Below the pieces are notes generated by a model, which had not been told where the DNA came from, did no database searches, and was given only the letters and a program-made list of their open reading frames with translations. The position numbers and the translations under genes are program-made. Positions 38,293 to 47,915 of a DNA stretch of 64,000 nucleotides are shown here, in pieces (position 1 is the first letter of the stretch; each line of letters begins with the position of its first letter). The stretch is from a virus. The stretch spans positions 40,444 through 104,443 of IMG/VR virus record IMGVR_UViG_3300035150_000015. One strand, 5' to 3'.

Positions 38293-39689
38293 ATGGATGG
38301 AATCTGCCGAAGAAGGTTCTTAAACTCAAAACGCCACTGATCCGGGGTCAGGAAGTCCGGATCAGTCTTAGCAAAAATCTGGGATTCCCTCTTATTCTGG
38401 GGGCACCTGGGCTTATCTCCGTTAGCCGAGGACATATCATCCAAACTTGTCAGACGACGAAGGATCTTCTTAGGGGGGACGGATTCTTCACTAGGGGACT
38501 GTACCTCAGGTGGGCCCGTCTGCTCCCTGGAGGAAGATACCTCAACTTTGGAGGTAGCTGGCTCTGAGACCGAAGGTGAGACCGGAGGCTCAGTAGGAAC
38601 GGCCGCCAAGGGCGCCCTGGCCTCTACTACAATTCTAGATTCAACCTGACGGGAAGGCACCCCAGAAGAGCAGCCCAAGACATCACAGATCAGGCTGGTT
38701 TTGGAGGGGCGACGAGCCCCCAAAAAATACCTGGCTAACCCAAGAGTGCCCGGATCCCCGTAAGCAGCATGAACCTCCTTGGCTAACTCCTTGTCTATAA
38801 ACGCGAAATCTATGTGCATCCCATTGGACACACGATAGGAATTCATAGCCGCTTCAGCGAGCCCGGAATAGACCTCCTCAGAGGATCCGACCTGATCGTA
38901 CGCTTGTTCCACCAATTGAATCGCCTTAGCAGGTTCCCCGAGAGAGAGTAATATCTGATAGTATGTCGAAACCACAGAGATTTTCAAGTGCCCCCTGACA
39001 GCCTTCACAGTCACAGGACCCAGCTGGGCAACCATCTCCAAACGGTTCAAGGAGTCTCGGACATGGGTGCCAGAATAATCTATTACCGTTGCAACGGCGT
39101 CTTCCTCGTACTTTACCCCCTCTTGGTCGAGAACCCAGGTCATTCTCTTGAGTATATCTTCCCTGGTAATTTTCCTAAGGGCGTAATCCTCACACCTAGA
39201 GCGGATGGCGTTCCGGATCTTCTCGGGCTCTGTGGTGCACAAGATGCAAACCAGCCTCTTGTCCTCGATAGGCTTCAAGAGAACATCTTGGGCGTCACGT
39301 GACATACGGTGCGCCTCGTCGAATAGGTAAATCCTCTTCTCCACCCCAGGCAAAGCAAAGGGGAGGTCCTCTAGGATAGCCCGGACGTTGTCGATAGTTC
39401 CCTGACTAGCGGCGTCTTTCTCGCTGAAGGCCAGGGAGTCTTCCTCCAGGATCCCTTTACAATTTTCGCACTTGTTGCAAGGCTCCCCGTCCTCCTGAAG
39501 GTCCTGACAAAGGAGAGCCCGTGCCAGAATCCTGGCCAGAGTGGTTTTTCCTTGACCATGGCCACCTGAGAAGATGTAGGAGGTGTCGAGTCCCGTCCCC
39601 TTTTGGAGACGAGACTTGAGCACCTGCACAGCCCCAGACTGCCCCAGGACATCAGAGAAATTCTTTGGACGATACTTGAGATCCCACAT
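38289..39689 (-). CDS. dnaX: DNA polymerase III clamp loader gamma/tau subunit
   Basis: KYRPKNF, GQGKTT, PCNKCENC, DEAH, SRC. Confidence 0.92.
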   Translation of the reverse strand: MWDLKYRPKNFSDVLGQSGAVQVLKSRLQKGTGLDTSYIFSGGHGQGKTTLARILARALLCQDLQEDGEPCNKCENCKGILEEDSLAFSEKDAASQGTIDNVRAILEDLPFALPGVEKRIYLFDEAHRMSRDAQDVLLKPIEDKRLVCILCTTEPEKIRNAIRSRCEDYALRKITREDILKRMTWVLDQEGVKYEEDAVATVIDYSGTHVRDSLNRLEMVAQLGPVTVKAVRGHLKISVVSTYYQILLSLGEPAKAIQLVEQAYDQVGSSEEVYSGLAEAAMNSYRVSNGMHIDFAFIDKELAKEVHAAYGDPGTLGLARYFLGARRPSKTSLICDVLGCSSGVPSRQVESRIVVEARAPLAAVPTEPPVSPSVSEPATSKVEVSSSREQTGPPEVQSPSEESVPPKKILRRLTSLDDMSSANGDKPRCPQNKRESQIFAKTDPDFLTPDQWRFEFKNLLRQIPSI

Positions 39690-39690
39690 T

Positions 39691-40182
39691 TCAATCGGTC
39701 TCAGTAGAGGTCAAACTCTCGAACTCCTCTTCCTCCTCATCATCGATCACGTCCACCTGGATTCTTTGGGCCACGCTCACAAGACCATTAAGGCCAGAGT
39801 GCCAGGCACCGTGGCGCTCCAGAATGGTCGTGAACTCTTGGACGTCCGGTTCTCGAATTGACCACTTCATCTCACCAGACTTCTCGTCCTCTTCGCCGAC
39901 ACATCTCTCAAGCAAATGGTCAACCAGAGCAGTTCTCTGGCTATCATCCATGTCGTTCCAGTCGTCGGCGGAAACCTCAACAACGAAATCCTTCTCGGTG
40001 GCCCACTCCCAGAGACCCGAAACCTTGCGGACCTTCCCAGCAATGTCCCTGCCTCCCTTGCTCCAACCCTTGTCAGCAAAAGCAAACATGAACCGAGCGG
40101 TAGCCAGCTCGGGGTGGTAATTGGGAATCAACCCACTAGCGATAGAGGCAACTGCCTCTGCTTCAGCGTAAATTTTGGCCAT
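39691..40182 (-). CDS. Phage metallopeptidase-like protein with degenerate active site
   Basis: ALVDHLLERC...PDVQEF..I..RHG pattern; HExxH not intact; ATG at 40182 with AGGAG SD. Confidence 0.55.
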   Translation of the reverse strand: MAKIYAEAEAVASIASGLIPNYHPELATARFMFAFADKGWSKGGRDIAGKVRKVSGLWEWATEKDFVVEVSADDWNDMDDSQRTALVDHLLERCVGEEDEKSGEMKWSIREPDVQEFTTILERHGAWHSGLNGLVSVAQRIQVDVIDDEEEEEFESLTSTETD

Positions 40183-40469
40183 ACTTCTCCTGAAAATGAG
40201 GGGGTAGGCCAAGTTTCTGACCCACCCCCTCGGTAAGTCTCCCCGAGGGGAGTGTGTACAACCCTTCGACACTGACCAACCAAGGGAAGAGAGACTAGGG
40301 TGGTATCCCTCATGTTGCTTAACCTGCCACGGTCAGTTGGTTCAGTTAGGAAGCCTAGCTTCCCTTGTCTAATCAACCATTTTGTCCTCTCAGTCAAAGT
40401 TGGCTTCTCTTTCTTCAAGGCCCCATTCTTAGAATAGGGTAGTTGATATCCTATTTTCTCCTACCAAAA

Positions 40470-40480
40470 AGTATACACCG
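40470..40480 (-). promoter_or_regulatory. Motif A CGGTGTATACT
   Basis: Right after the primase stop, upstream of a ~290-nt leader. Confidence 0.55.
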
Positions 40481-40481
40481 A

Positions 40482-41180
40482 CTAAATGGTGTTCTGTTTC
40501 CAGAATACACCGAATCGTTCGTCCCCCCACGCCTCCCAGAGCTCGGCAGGGTCTTTTATCCACCCCTTCCCCACGATTTTAGGTACTCTCGGAATCTTAA
40601 TGATCTTGGTGGTGAAGTAATCCCGATACTCTTCCAAGAACTTCCTGCCACCTTTGGCCCCCGCGGCATCCCGATCATATAGAATCCACAACTTCCCCAG
40701 GAACCGTCTAAACAACCTTGCCAGCTCCCTAGGCACATGAGAAGTCAGAGTGGCCACTGTTCCAGGGCACTGTCTCTGAACAGGGAAAAGATCGAAGGCA
40801 CCCTCTACCACACAAGCTTCTTCTGTTTCCCACATAGCCTCAACCGCTTGAGCCAAACCAAAGAATACAGGCTCCTCAGAATAAGGAGTATAGTCCCGAT
40901 ACCCCTTTATGGCAGGAACAGAGCTCCTGAACTGCAACCCCCGAATTCCCCCCGAAGATGTAGTCAAAGGGAATACAAACATACTCTGGATAGTGGCCCC
41001 CATCGAGCACCACTTCAAGAAGTCTTTGGGATAATTCATAAGAGGGAGGGTGCCCTCAAAGTACCCCACGCGATAGGAGTCAATCTGAGAATTTGTGGCG
41101 CCCCTAGTCCACAAAGCTTCCCGGATCTCATCATCCATAAGACCTTGAGAATGCTCAACAAAAGAGTCCAGCCAAGTCAC
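40482..41180 (-). CDS. DnaG-type primase catalytic core (TOPRIM) without zinc-binding domain
   Basis: RG...Y.VGY, FPL, VVEGAFD, YDRDAAG, KDP. Confidence 0.8.
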   Translation of the reverse strand: MTWLDSFVEHSQGLMDDEIREALWTRGATNSQIDSYRVGYFEGTLPLMNYPKDFLKWCSMGATIQSMFVFPLTTSSGGIRGLQFRSSVPAIKGYRDYTPYSEEPVFFGLAQAVEAMWETEEACVVEGAFDLFPVQRQCPGTVATLTSHVPRELARLFRRFLGKLWILYDRDAAGAKGGRKFLEEYRDYFTTKIIKIPRVPKIVGKGWIKDPAELWEAWGDERFGVFWKQNTI

Positions 41181-41782
41181 TCTTCCACCAAAGCTACGGT
41201 TTGATCGGCTCTTCGTACAAGCAGACCTAGATGGTCCCCAACCCTGGTACAGTTGCCGGCCAGAGAGGGCTCAGTAATAAGCACGGATTGATGTTGGGGC
41301 AGGTCGGTCACCAAGACTCTCAGTCCTTCAACCTCACTCACATACCCCTTAATTGCCATGATCTTATCGATTTCATCGAGGTCCAAGGTAGCCCCACAAA
41401 TCTTCTTCAGAGCCATAGGAGAGATGACCAGAGAGACAGCAGGCAGACCCCCTCTCTTGAAGCCTCGGAGAGCCTCAGATATCGACGAATATCGGTTGGA
41501 CCAGGCATTATCCGAGGAAAGGCCCCACAGATCTGAGAAGAACTTGGAAAACAAAGCCCCTTCCCGCTCTAAAGGACACTCGGAAAAAGCGTATCTAACC
41601 AGCCCTTCCTGAGACCGTTTGGTCTGCACGAAAGAAGACCTCATGTTGCTGACTACCAAAGGACAGTCCAGCAAGCCGGCCTCTTGCTCACACAATGTGG
41701 GGAGACAGAGGCCAACAGAATGAATCTGCTGACGATAGCGCTCAACTGACAAGATTCGACTGAAAATAGGGGCCCTCATCAT
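41177..41782 (-). CDS. Divergent truncated paralog of the major capsid protein
   Basis: By-eye colinear similarity to the MCP C-terminal half (see findings). Confidence 0.5.
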   Translation of the reverse strand: MMRAPIFSRILSVERYRQQIHSVGLCLPTLCEQEAGLLDCPLVVSNMRSSFVQTKRSQEGLVRYAFSECPLEREGALFSKFFSDLWGLSSDNAWSNRYSSISEALRGFKRGGLPAVSLVISPMALKKICGATLDLDEIDKIMAIKGYVSEVEGLRVLVTDLPQHQSVLITEPSLAGNCTRVGDHLGLLVRRADQTVALVEE

Positions 41783-42324
41783 TCCCCCTCATATGAGTTC
41801 GTCTCCCCCTCGAACAGATCCGATAGTCTCGAGCTCTGAATCACAACGATGGGCTCCACCTTAATGCGCAGGAACCAACACCACACCCTTTTCCACCAAG
41901 GAAGCCTCGGGAGTTCGGCCATCTCCAGAACCCAGAGAAGCCCAGCCACCTCAGGGAGATTCTCTTGCACCCAAGAAGCATCCCGAAGGTCTTTCCGAAA
42001 CTCACTCAGTATAGAATCCTTGTCTACCAACGGAGTGAAGTAAGGACACCGTTTGGCATCCAGTGGTTCATCGCAAATATTGCCTGGCCAAGTCTGATGG
42101 TCCTCTGCCCCATAGAAACACAGCCCCAACTTCTTAGCCCCGGGGACAATACGGTTGTACTGTGGGTTGGGTTCCCCGTCCACAGTTTTTCTGGAATCCA
42201 ATGGGTGGGCCACATTATGAGCGCACCTGGAAGGCAGCCTCAAAGTGGCTTCTTGGGCCCTACGATTCAACTCAAGGACCAGGAGTCCTCTGATTCGTTG
42301 CTTGATCTCACCTTCTGGTCTCAC
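41779..42324 (-). CDS. Cys-containing hypothetical protein
   Basis: 181-aa coupled ORF; conserved-looking C/H residues; PWWKRVWCWF amphipathic segment. Confidence 0.55.
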   Translation of the reverse strand: MRPEGEIKQRIRGLLVLELNRRAQEATLRLPSRCAHNVAHPLDSRKTVDGEPNPQYNRIVPGAKKLGLCFYGAEDHQTWPGNICDEPLDAKRCPYFTPLVDKDSILSEFRKDLRDASWVQENLPEVAGLLWVLEMAELPRLPWWKRVWCWFLRIKVEPIVVIQSSRLSDLFEGETNSYEGE

Positions 42325-43004
42325 TTCAAACTCCTAAGGGACAAGTGGTGGGTAACTCCGTCATCCTCTGCTACATCTGTACACCGGTAAGACCGGTCGG
42401 CATGTTCCAAGAGGACGGGTTTGTGGGTGACCAGCAAAAGGTCAACTCCTAGCTCCTTAGCCACTTTCTGTGTGAATCGGCTGGCCTGCTCAAGATACTC
42501 ATCAGAAACAGCCCCCAAAGACTCGTCCATTGCCACGAACGGCCATCGTTTAAGCTTAAGCACGGTTAAAACCCGGAGGGCTAACGAAGTCACACTCGAG
42601 GGGCCCCCGCCAAAGTTCTCCAAGGGTTTACCTCGGTGGGACTGCAAATGACCCCTCTCTCCTTGACGGAAAAAGAAGTCCACTGCCACTTTACCGTATT
42701 TCAAACTGAGCTCAGACTCCAAACTCAAATTCTGATCGTAGAATACCTCTCTCAGAGCCTCGGTCACCACATCTTCTACCGATTTGACCTGCTGGAGGAC
42801 CAGAGAGTCCAACAGGTGTCGGTACAACTCTAGCACCTTGGCCAGCTTCTCAATTCTCTGGCTCAACTCAGAGACCTCGTGTTGTTTCGACTCGATGTCC
42901 GAAACAACACGATTCCTGAGAGCAGTTAGCCGAATGACCCGAGTTTCTAGGGCACGGACCCTACCCCCTAATCCTTCGACGACATGAATCGGGTCACCAC
43001 ACAT
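42321..43004 (-). CDS. SbcC/Rad50-like ATPase, C-terminal half
   Basis: Short coiled coil, signature-like FGGG, Walker B VAMDE, H-loop LVTH. Confidence 0.75.
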   Translation of the reverse strand: MCGDPIHVVEGLGGRVRALETRVIRLTALRNRVVSDIESKQHEVSELSQRIEKLAKVLELYRHLLDSLVLQQVKSVEDVVTEALREVFYDQNLSLESELSLKYGKVAVDFFFRQGERGHLQSHRGKPLENFGGGPSSVTSLALRVLTVLKLKRWPFVAMDESLGAVSDEYLEQASRFTQKVAKELGVDLLLVTHKPVLLEHADRSYRCTDVAEDDGVTHHLSLRSLK

Positions 43005-44209
43005 GCGAAGGATTCCTCTTCTGGCTTAGGAATAATGGTCTTGCCTTGAGGGGTGAGGGAAAAAGACTCAATCGTCCTAAAGAGCCCCTTCTTGCGGCCG
43101 CCTATGGTGCGAATAGCAATACGAAGCTCGACCTCATGACCTTTTACGGGTTCCACCAGCTCTAGGAAATGAGAGATCCCGATGTTGCTGGAAAAATCCT
43201 CGGCTTCAGCCACAGACCATTCTTCCTTGACCGGGCTCACCCCAACAGGAGAACTGACTGCCTGGCCAGTCTTGCTGCTGACTTTGAAGGTGAGTGTTTT
43301 ATCCTCATGGGAATAGGTCAGACGGGCCTTGTCCTTAGCGGTATCCCCTTCCTCTCTCATGTGATAGAGAGCATCAAGGAGTAAGCTCTTCGGGGCAACC
43401 AGTGAAAAAGTTTCCCACTTACGAGGGTAATAGGAATACTTCACGTGTTGCTTAGTCGGCTGTGTCCAACCCAGAACATGCCCCTTGTCTGAGATAGCGA
43501 AGGCAGTCTCTTCATTGGTACGAACAGTGACTTCACCATACCCACACCGTGACAAAAACGAAATGACACTAGGCAGATGGTTGCCGTGAATGGCCAAGCT
43601 CTTCCCCTTTAAGGCATCGCAATGGAAGTAGAAAGAGGTGTTCACTGCAGCTGAAAAGAAGCAACCATCTCCCTTAGCACTCTCACCTTGATTGTCGAAG
43701 ATCCGGATACTCTTCAATTGCTCGTTGCCCTCTGTGACCCCCGCATCATTGGGTTTCACCAAGTGGGGGCGGCACAAGGACAAAGCCTCCTTAAGAACGG
43801 CCACTGGGTAGGTATGCTCCGTAGTAGCCTCCTCCAGAGACTCGTCGCTGGTGCTCAAAAGACCCGGGTCAAAAGACACAAGTTCGGCCGAGGAACCTCC
43901 CTCTGTCCTGTACTTAACCCAGTAAGAGTTGTCTTTAACGCCAGCTTCGATCTCAACCCACCCCCGAAAAGTCTTAAAGGATCCTACTTTCTTGGCCGGG
44001 TAGACAAATGACCCTTCTCCCTCAGACTCCAAAAGTGGTAGGTCCACCCTAATGTGGCGTGAACTGTCTCGAGAATAGACGCGACACACGCCGTCCTTCA
44101 AAACGAACAAGAACCCCTCTCCGCCCTTAGCCGTCACCGGTTTAGGGGACACGATGGAAGCTGTATCTACAGCCTCTTTCAGATCTGCGGCTTGTATTCT
44201 GATTTTCAT
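42968..44209 (-). CDS. dnaN: DNA polymerase III beta sliding clamp (divergent)
   Basis: MKIRIQAADLKEAV start, three-domain length, context with dnaX/holA/holB. Confidence 0.6.
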   Translation of the reverse strand: MKIRIQAADLKEAVDTASIVSPKPVTAKGGEGFLFVLKDGVCRVYSRDSSRHIRVDLPLLESEGEGSFVYPAKKVGSFKTFRGWVEIEAGVKDNSYWVKYRTEGGSSAELVSFDPGLLSTSDESLEEATTEHTYPVAVLKEALSLCRPHLVKPNDAGVTEGNEQLKSIRIFDNQGESAKGDGCFFSAAVNTSFYFHCDALKGKSLAIHGNHLPSVISFLSRCGYGEVTVRTNEETAFAISDKGHVLGWTQPTKQHVKYSYYPRKWETFSLVAPKSLLLDALYHMREEGDTAKDKARLTYSHEDKTLTFKVSSKTGQAVSSPVGVSPVKEEWSVAEAEDFSSNIGISHFLELVEPVKGHEVELRIAIRTIGGRKKGLFRTIESFSLTPQGKTIIPKPEEESFACVVTRFMSSKD

Positions 44210-44243
44210 ATACATCCTCTTTTTATCCCCCGGGCCAAATGGC

Positions 44244-44519
44244 TCAGGATTCATCGATTGCAGCTAGAGCCCTTTCCACCTGGGCAAGGTCCTGGCCGAA
44301 AGTCTCAATCAAACCCTCTAGCTCTGAAGCGGCCTTATCCCTCTCAGCCTTCAGATCCTTCGGGCTATAGCCGGCTTCCCGGATCTCTTTCCCGAGTCTG
44401 GCCAGCTCCTGCCTCTTAACCTCTAACTGACCAGCCAGTTTTGACTTCTTAGCGTCAGCAGCACGATGCCTCCTCAAGAGGTCTTCCACCCGAGCCTGCA
44501 TATTCTCTAGTGAATCCAT
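44244..44519 (-). CDS. Small coiled-coil protein
   Basis: GGAGG SD; heptad-rich; motif A at 44531-44540. Confidence 0.65.
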   Translation of the reverse strand: MDSLENMQARVEDLLRRHRAADAKKSKLAGQLEVKRQELARLGKEIREAGYSPKDLKAERDKAASELEGLIETFGQDLAQVERALAAIDES

Positions 44520-44545
44520 AATATCCTCCAAATACACCAGGTCGG

Positions 44546-45460
44546 TTACCTTTTACGACCTCGATTGATCTCTTGAACCACTTTTGCCCCTAAGGGACAA
44601 TGTTGCTCCGTAGCATAAGGACAGAACCGACAAGCACTACGACTCGGCTTGGCCGGAAATAGCTTCTTGGCCATCTCCAAAGCCATAACCGGGTTGTCCT
44701 TGGGCATTCTCCTCTTAGCCAGGTCTATCTGACGCACCGTCTTCATGACCTCACCCGAAAACTCCAGAAGGCTTTCTTCAGAGAACTCCATCCAGTCTAT
44801 AGTCTCAGGAGGGTCGTATCTCCAGTACAAGAACCCCAGCCGGTCAGGAATCTCACCATACTTCAATAGATAGAGAGCCCCGTACCACATGAGCTGCCGA
44901 GGGTCCGAATACCTGCTCCGATGCTTTGAACCCTTCCCGTCCAAAATAACCCAGTCTAGGTGAGGCTTGGTGCGGTATAGAATGAAGTCAGCCCGCCCGC
45001 CAATCTTGTGTCCCCTGATGATCTGGTCCAACCTAACCTCCGCCCGAGCATAAGCACCTAGGAGGCGGTAGAAACGTATGATCTTGAGTCCCCGTACTAC
45101 AGCATCTCGAACATCAGCCAATAGCTCTTCACGGCTCTCGTACATAGCCGTAGGATCTTGATCCGGCCCGTCCCCCTTCCACTTGAGGACTCCAGCCGGC
45201 CGATACTTGGAAGGCGTCAATTGATCCTTAATGACCTGATCTACCGTTTTCTCGGCACGGCTCAAGAGCTCTTCCTGTGCCCCCTTGCTCTTCCAGATCC
45301 TCTCCTCATAAAACTGTTCGAACAGCACACCTACAGAGGTTCCGTATAGGGACCCTACACGATTGTCCTCCTTTTCAGTAGGGGTGTGGTCATCATACTG
45401 ACGCCAGTAACCAAATGGACAGGATTCGTGACAAGCATACCCGGAGTAGGACAGATACAT
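44546..45460 (-). CDS. PD-(D/E)xK nuclease (RecB/AddB/Cas4-like)
   Basis: LSYS, CP, RADFI, ILDGK, QLMWY, CRFCPY...C. Confidence 0.8.
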   Translation of the reverse strand: MYLSYSGYACHESCPFGYWRQYDDHTPTEKEDNRVGSLYGTSVGVLFEQFYEERIWKSKGAQEELLSRAEKTVDQVIKDQLTPSKYRPAGVLKWKGDGPDQDPTAMYESREELLADVRDAVVRGLKIIRFYRLLGAYARAEVRLDQIIRGHKIGGRADFILYRTKPHLDWVILDGKGSKHRSRYSDPRQLMWYGALYLLKYGEIPDRLGFLYWRYDPPETIDWMEFSEESLLEFSGEVMKTVRQIDLAKRRMPKDNPVMALEMAKKLFPAKPSRSACRFCPYATEQHCPLGAKVVQEINRGRKR

Positions 45461-46443
45461 CAGCGCTTCCCTTTCCCCTTGGAAGTCCGAGCCTTCTCCA
45501 GGTATTCCCGGGCCATGTCTCTGACATCCCTAGCAAAGTCCCCCATACCCTCCAAAGTGGAATCGATATCCCCCGAGGAGTCCTGCACACTCATCTTCAT
45601 CTGTTCAATGAACTGACTGATAGTCTGCTCTTCCCGATCCAACCTCTGCTTACGCTCGAGGTCAAAGGCATCTTTGGATGGCAGAACTTTGAGGGGGATC
45701 TGTTGGGTCCGGATTCCAGACTCAGAGACTTCCAGAAGGGACACCTTAGGTGTACGGCCCAGATTCTCCCGGGAGAGGGAGCCCCGGCTCACAGCCCCTT
45801 GGTTGACGAAGTGGGTATTCTTGACCTTGGTGATGCCTTGATCCTTGTGCCAGTGGCCAAAACAGTACAGATCCGGCCCTTCTCTAGAGACCAAATCTGC
45901 ATACCGAAATACAGGTTCCTTGTAGAGCTCCTCTTCTCTTCCTGTTGGCTTCTCCGTAGCCAAAGCATGGACCACTGCTATGAGGTGAGTATCCCCCGGC
46001 TTCTTCTTGATAGCCCGAAGCTCCTCCAGAGTGAGAAAAGGGTTGTACGAGACTCCTACAACCCTAACTCTGAGGTTGCCTTCCTCAAAGACCTGCTCCC
46101 TCAAATATCGGAACACCCCAGTCTTGATAAGGACCCCAAGAGGCTGTTTCTCGAGGGTCTCTAGATTGTTGTGGGTGATGTCATGATTCCCTACAACACT
46201 GTAGACGGGACACGGATAAGCCTTGTGAATCTCAGCGGACTTCTCAACAATCCAATGGGGGTTGCGAGTAGGTGCCTTTAGGTGGAAGTAGTCGCCACCA
46301 TCCAAGACTGCCTCAGCCTCTGTTTTCGTAGCCAGCCGGCCTATCTGTCTCAAGCAGTCTAGAATCTCTTCCGTGTAGTCACCCTTCCAGGAAGCCGGGC
46401 CCCGATCGGAAAGATGCACATCGGTGCGAAAAATGAACCTCAT
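45460..46443 (-). CDS. sbcD: SbcD/Mre11-like metallophosphoesterase nuclease
   Basis: DVH, GGD, GNHD, GHWH. Confidence 0.85.
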   Translation of the reverse strand: MRFIFRTDVHLSDRGPASWKGDYTEEILDCLRQIGRLATKTEAEAVLDGGDYFHLKAPTRNPHWIVEKSAEIHKAYPCPVYSVVGNHDITHNNLETLEKQPLGVLIKTGVFRYLREQVFEEGNLRVRVVGVSYNPFLTLEELRAIKKKPGDTHLIAVVHALATEKPTGREEELYKEPVFRYADLVSREGPDLYCFGHWHKDQGITKVKNTHFVNQGAVSRGSLSRENLGRTPKVSLLEVSESGIRTQQIPLKVLPSKDAFDLERKQRLDREEQTISQFIEQMKMSVQDSSGDIDSTLEGMGDFARDVRDMAREYLEKARTSKGKGKR

Positions 46444-47915
46444 CCGTGACCTCCCGTACACCGTCCGGCCTCAACCGGTTGACTACAAGTCGGACAGATG
46501 CCCAGTTGACCGAAAGCCACCAGAACTTCCTCAACCTCATCCGAAGCATCAGCGTAAGAACTCTCCAAATCCCCCAGAGAGCTCTCTAAGCCCACTGCTT
46601 GCTCCAACAGGGCAAGATGCCTAAGCTTCTCTCCTAACCCCTCTATGGCCGGCAGAGGGGCTTCTACGGCCTTCCCACACTGAAGGTCCTGCTTGATTCG
46701 ACGTACCTCCGAAACCCAAGACTCTAGCTGACGAAGTTTCTGGACGGAAGAGCCCAAACTTTCCGGATGGCCGGGGAGTTCCAGAGCGTCAACCTCCCCC
46801 AAAACTTGAACTGCACTCTCCTTGATAGGGTAGCGCTGCTCCCAAGTTTGCAAACGAAGCAGTCCAGTGAGTGCTTTATTCAGGTTATCCGGGTGGTCAG
46901 GGAGTTCAAGGGACTCCAATTTCAAAAGAGGGCCTATCCCTTCTTCCAAACTCTTCACCCGACTGTGGAAACCAACCAAGGACCTAAGTTCTCTAGACCT
47001 CTCTCTCATTCCCTCGGAGTCAGGAAGGTCTACCTGTTCTACTTGCGAAACCTTCTTGAGGGCCCCCATGAGATCAAAAGCTCTAGAGCAGAGAGAGTCT
47101 AAGAGAGCGTAGGTGCGAGAAAGGTTCTCGAAAGGCTCCCTATCAGGCAGATCGGGGCCGACGGCTCCTTCCAAAACCTTGATGCCGAGAACACGCTCCT
47201 GGACCCTTGTTATGAAACGATCCATCTCTGCAACACTGGACTTCTTGCTCTCCAAGGCCTCGTAAGACTCCCGAATCCTGGCCACTCGAGAAGCCATCGA
47301 GTCCAGGTCCTTGTAGGTCTCCAATGCACGAAGAAGGGACTGGGTGTCCTTCTCCCGGACTTTCCGGGTGGACACGGCCTCTTTCCGATCCTTGTTGACC
47401 AACGTCATAGCAAAGTTGATGTTGTCTAGGTTGGCCACATCACTCAGTACGTCAGCCACCGCCGGCCCGGACTGATTCAGCAAGAAAATGGGGTTGAACT
47501 GACCCACAACCTGAACTAGCTCTGGAGAGTCTCCCACCTTAATTGACTCGAAGTCCGGGAGCAGGAAGTCTGGGGTCCCTCGAGAGACGCTATCATAAAC
47601 CTCCTCCGGCCCCTCCCCCTTGCGAAACTTGTAGCGATTTACCGAGTCACCTTTCTCCCAAGTCAACCCCCACTGAGGACTCTCGAGGCGGACCGTGGTA
47701 TGGCACTTGCACTTTTTGTGTCCCTTGACCTTCCGCTCGCACGTCGTACCGTGACGAACAAAGTCAGTACCGGCAGCGCCGGTCAGGGCACATCGAATTG
47801 CCCTGACTATGGCGCTCTTGCCGATGTTGCTTCGACCCTCGATTCCAGTGAACCCGTCAACCTTCAGCTTGATTTTACGGATAGACTGGAAATTCTGGAT
47901 CTCAATCTCAATCAC
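46440..47915 (-). CDS. SbcC/Rad50-like ATPase, N-terminal half ending at the zinc hook
   Basis: IQNFQS, Walker A GRSNIGKS, Q-loop, coiled coil, terminal CPTC. Confidence 0.85.
   Translation of the reverse strand: MIEIEIQNFQSIRKIKLKVDGFTGIEGRSNIGKSAIVRAIRCALTGAAGTDFVRHGTTCERKVKGHKKCKCHTTVRLESPQWGLTWEKGDSVNRYKFRKGEGPEEVYDSVSRGTPDFLLPDFESIKVGDSPELVQVVGQFNPIFLLNQSGPAVADVLSDVANLDNINFAMTLVNKDRKEAVSTRKVREKDTQSLLRALETYKDLDSMASRVARIRESYEALESKKSSVAEMDRFITRVQERVLGIKVLEGAVGPDLPDREPFENLSRTYALLDSLCSRAFDLMGALKKVSQVEQVDLPDSEGMRERSRELRSLVGFHSRVKSLEEGIGPLLKLESLELPDHPDNLNKALTGLLRLQTWEQRYPIKESAVQVLGEVDALELPGHPESLGSSVQKLRQLESWVSEVRRIKQDLQCGKAVEAPLPAIEGLGEKLRHLALLEQAVGLESSLGDLESSYADASDEVEEVLVAFGQLGICPTCSQPVEAGRCTGGHG

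Noticed and set aside
38289-39689. Programmed gamma/tau frameshift in dnaX
   Set aside because: No A-AAA-AAG or long A-run slippery site seen.
44546-45460. Cas4 indicating a CRISPR system
   Set aside because: No array or other cas genes; context is a recombination cluster.
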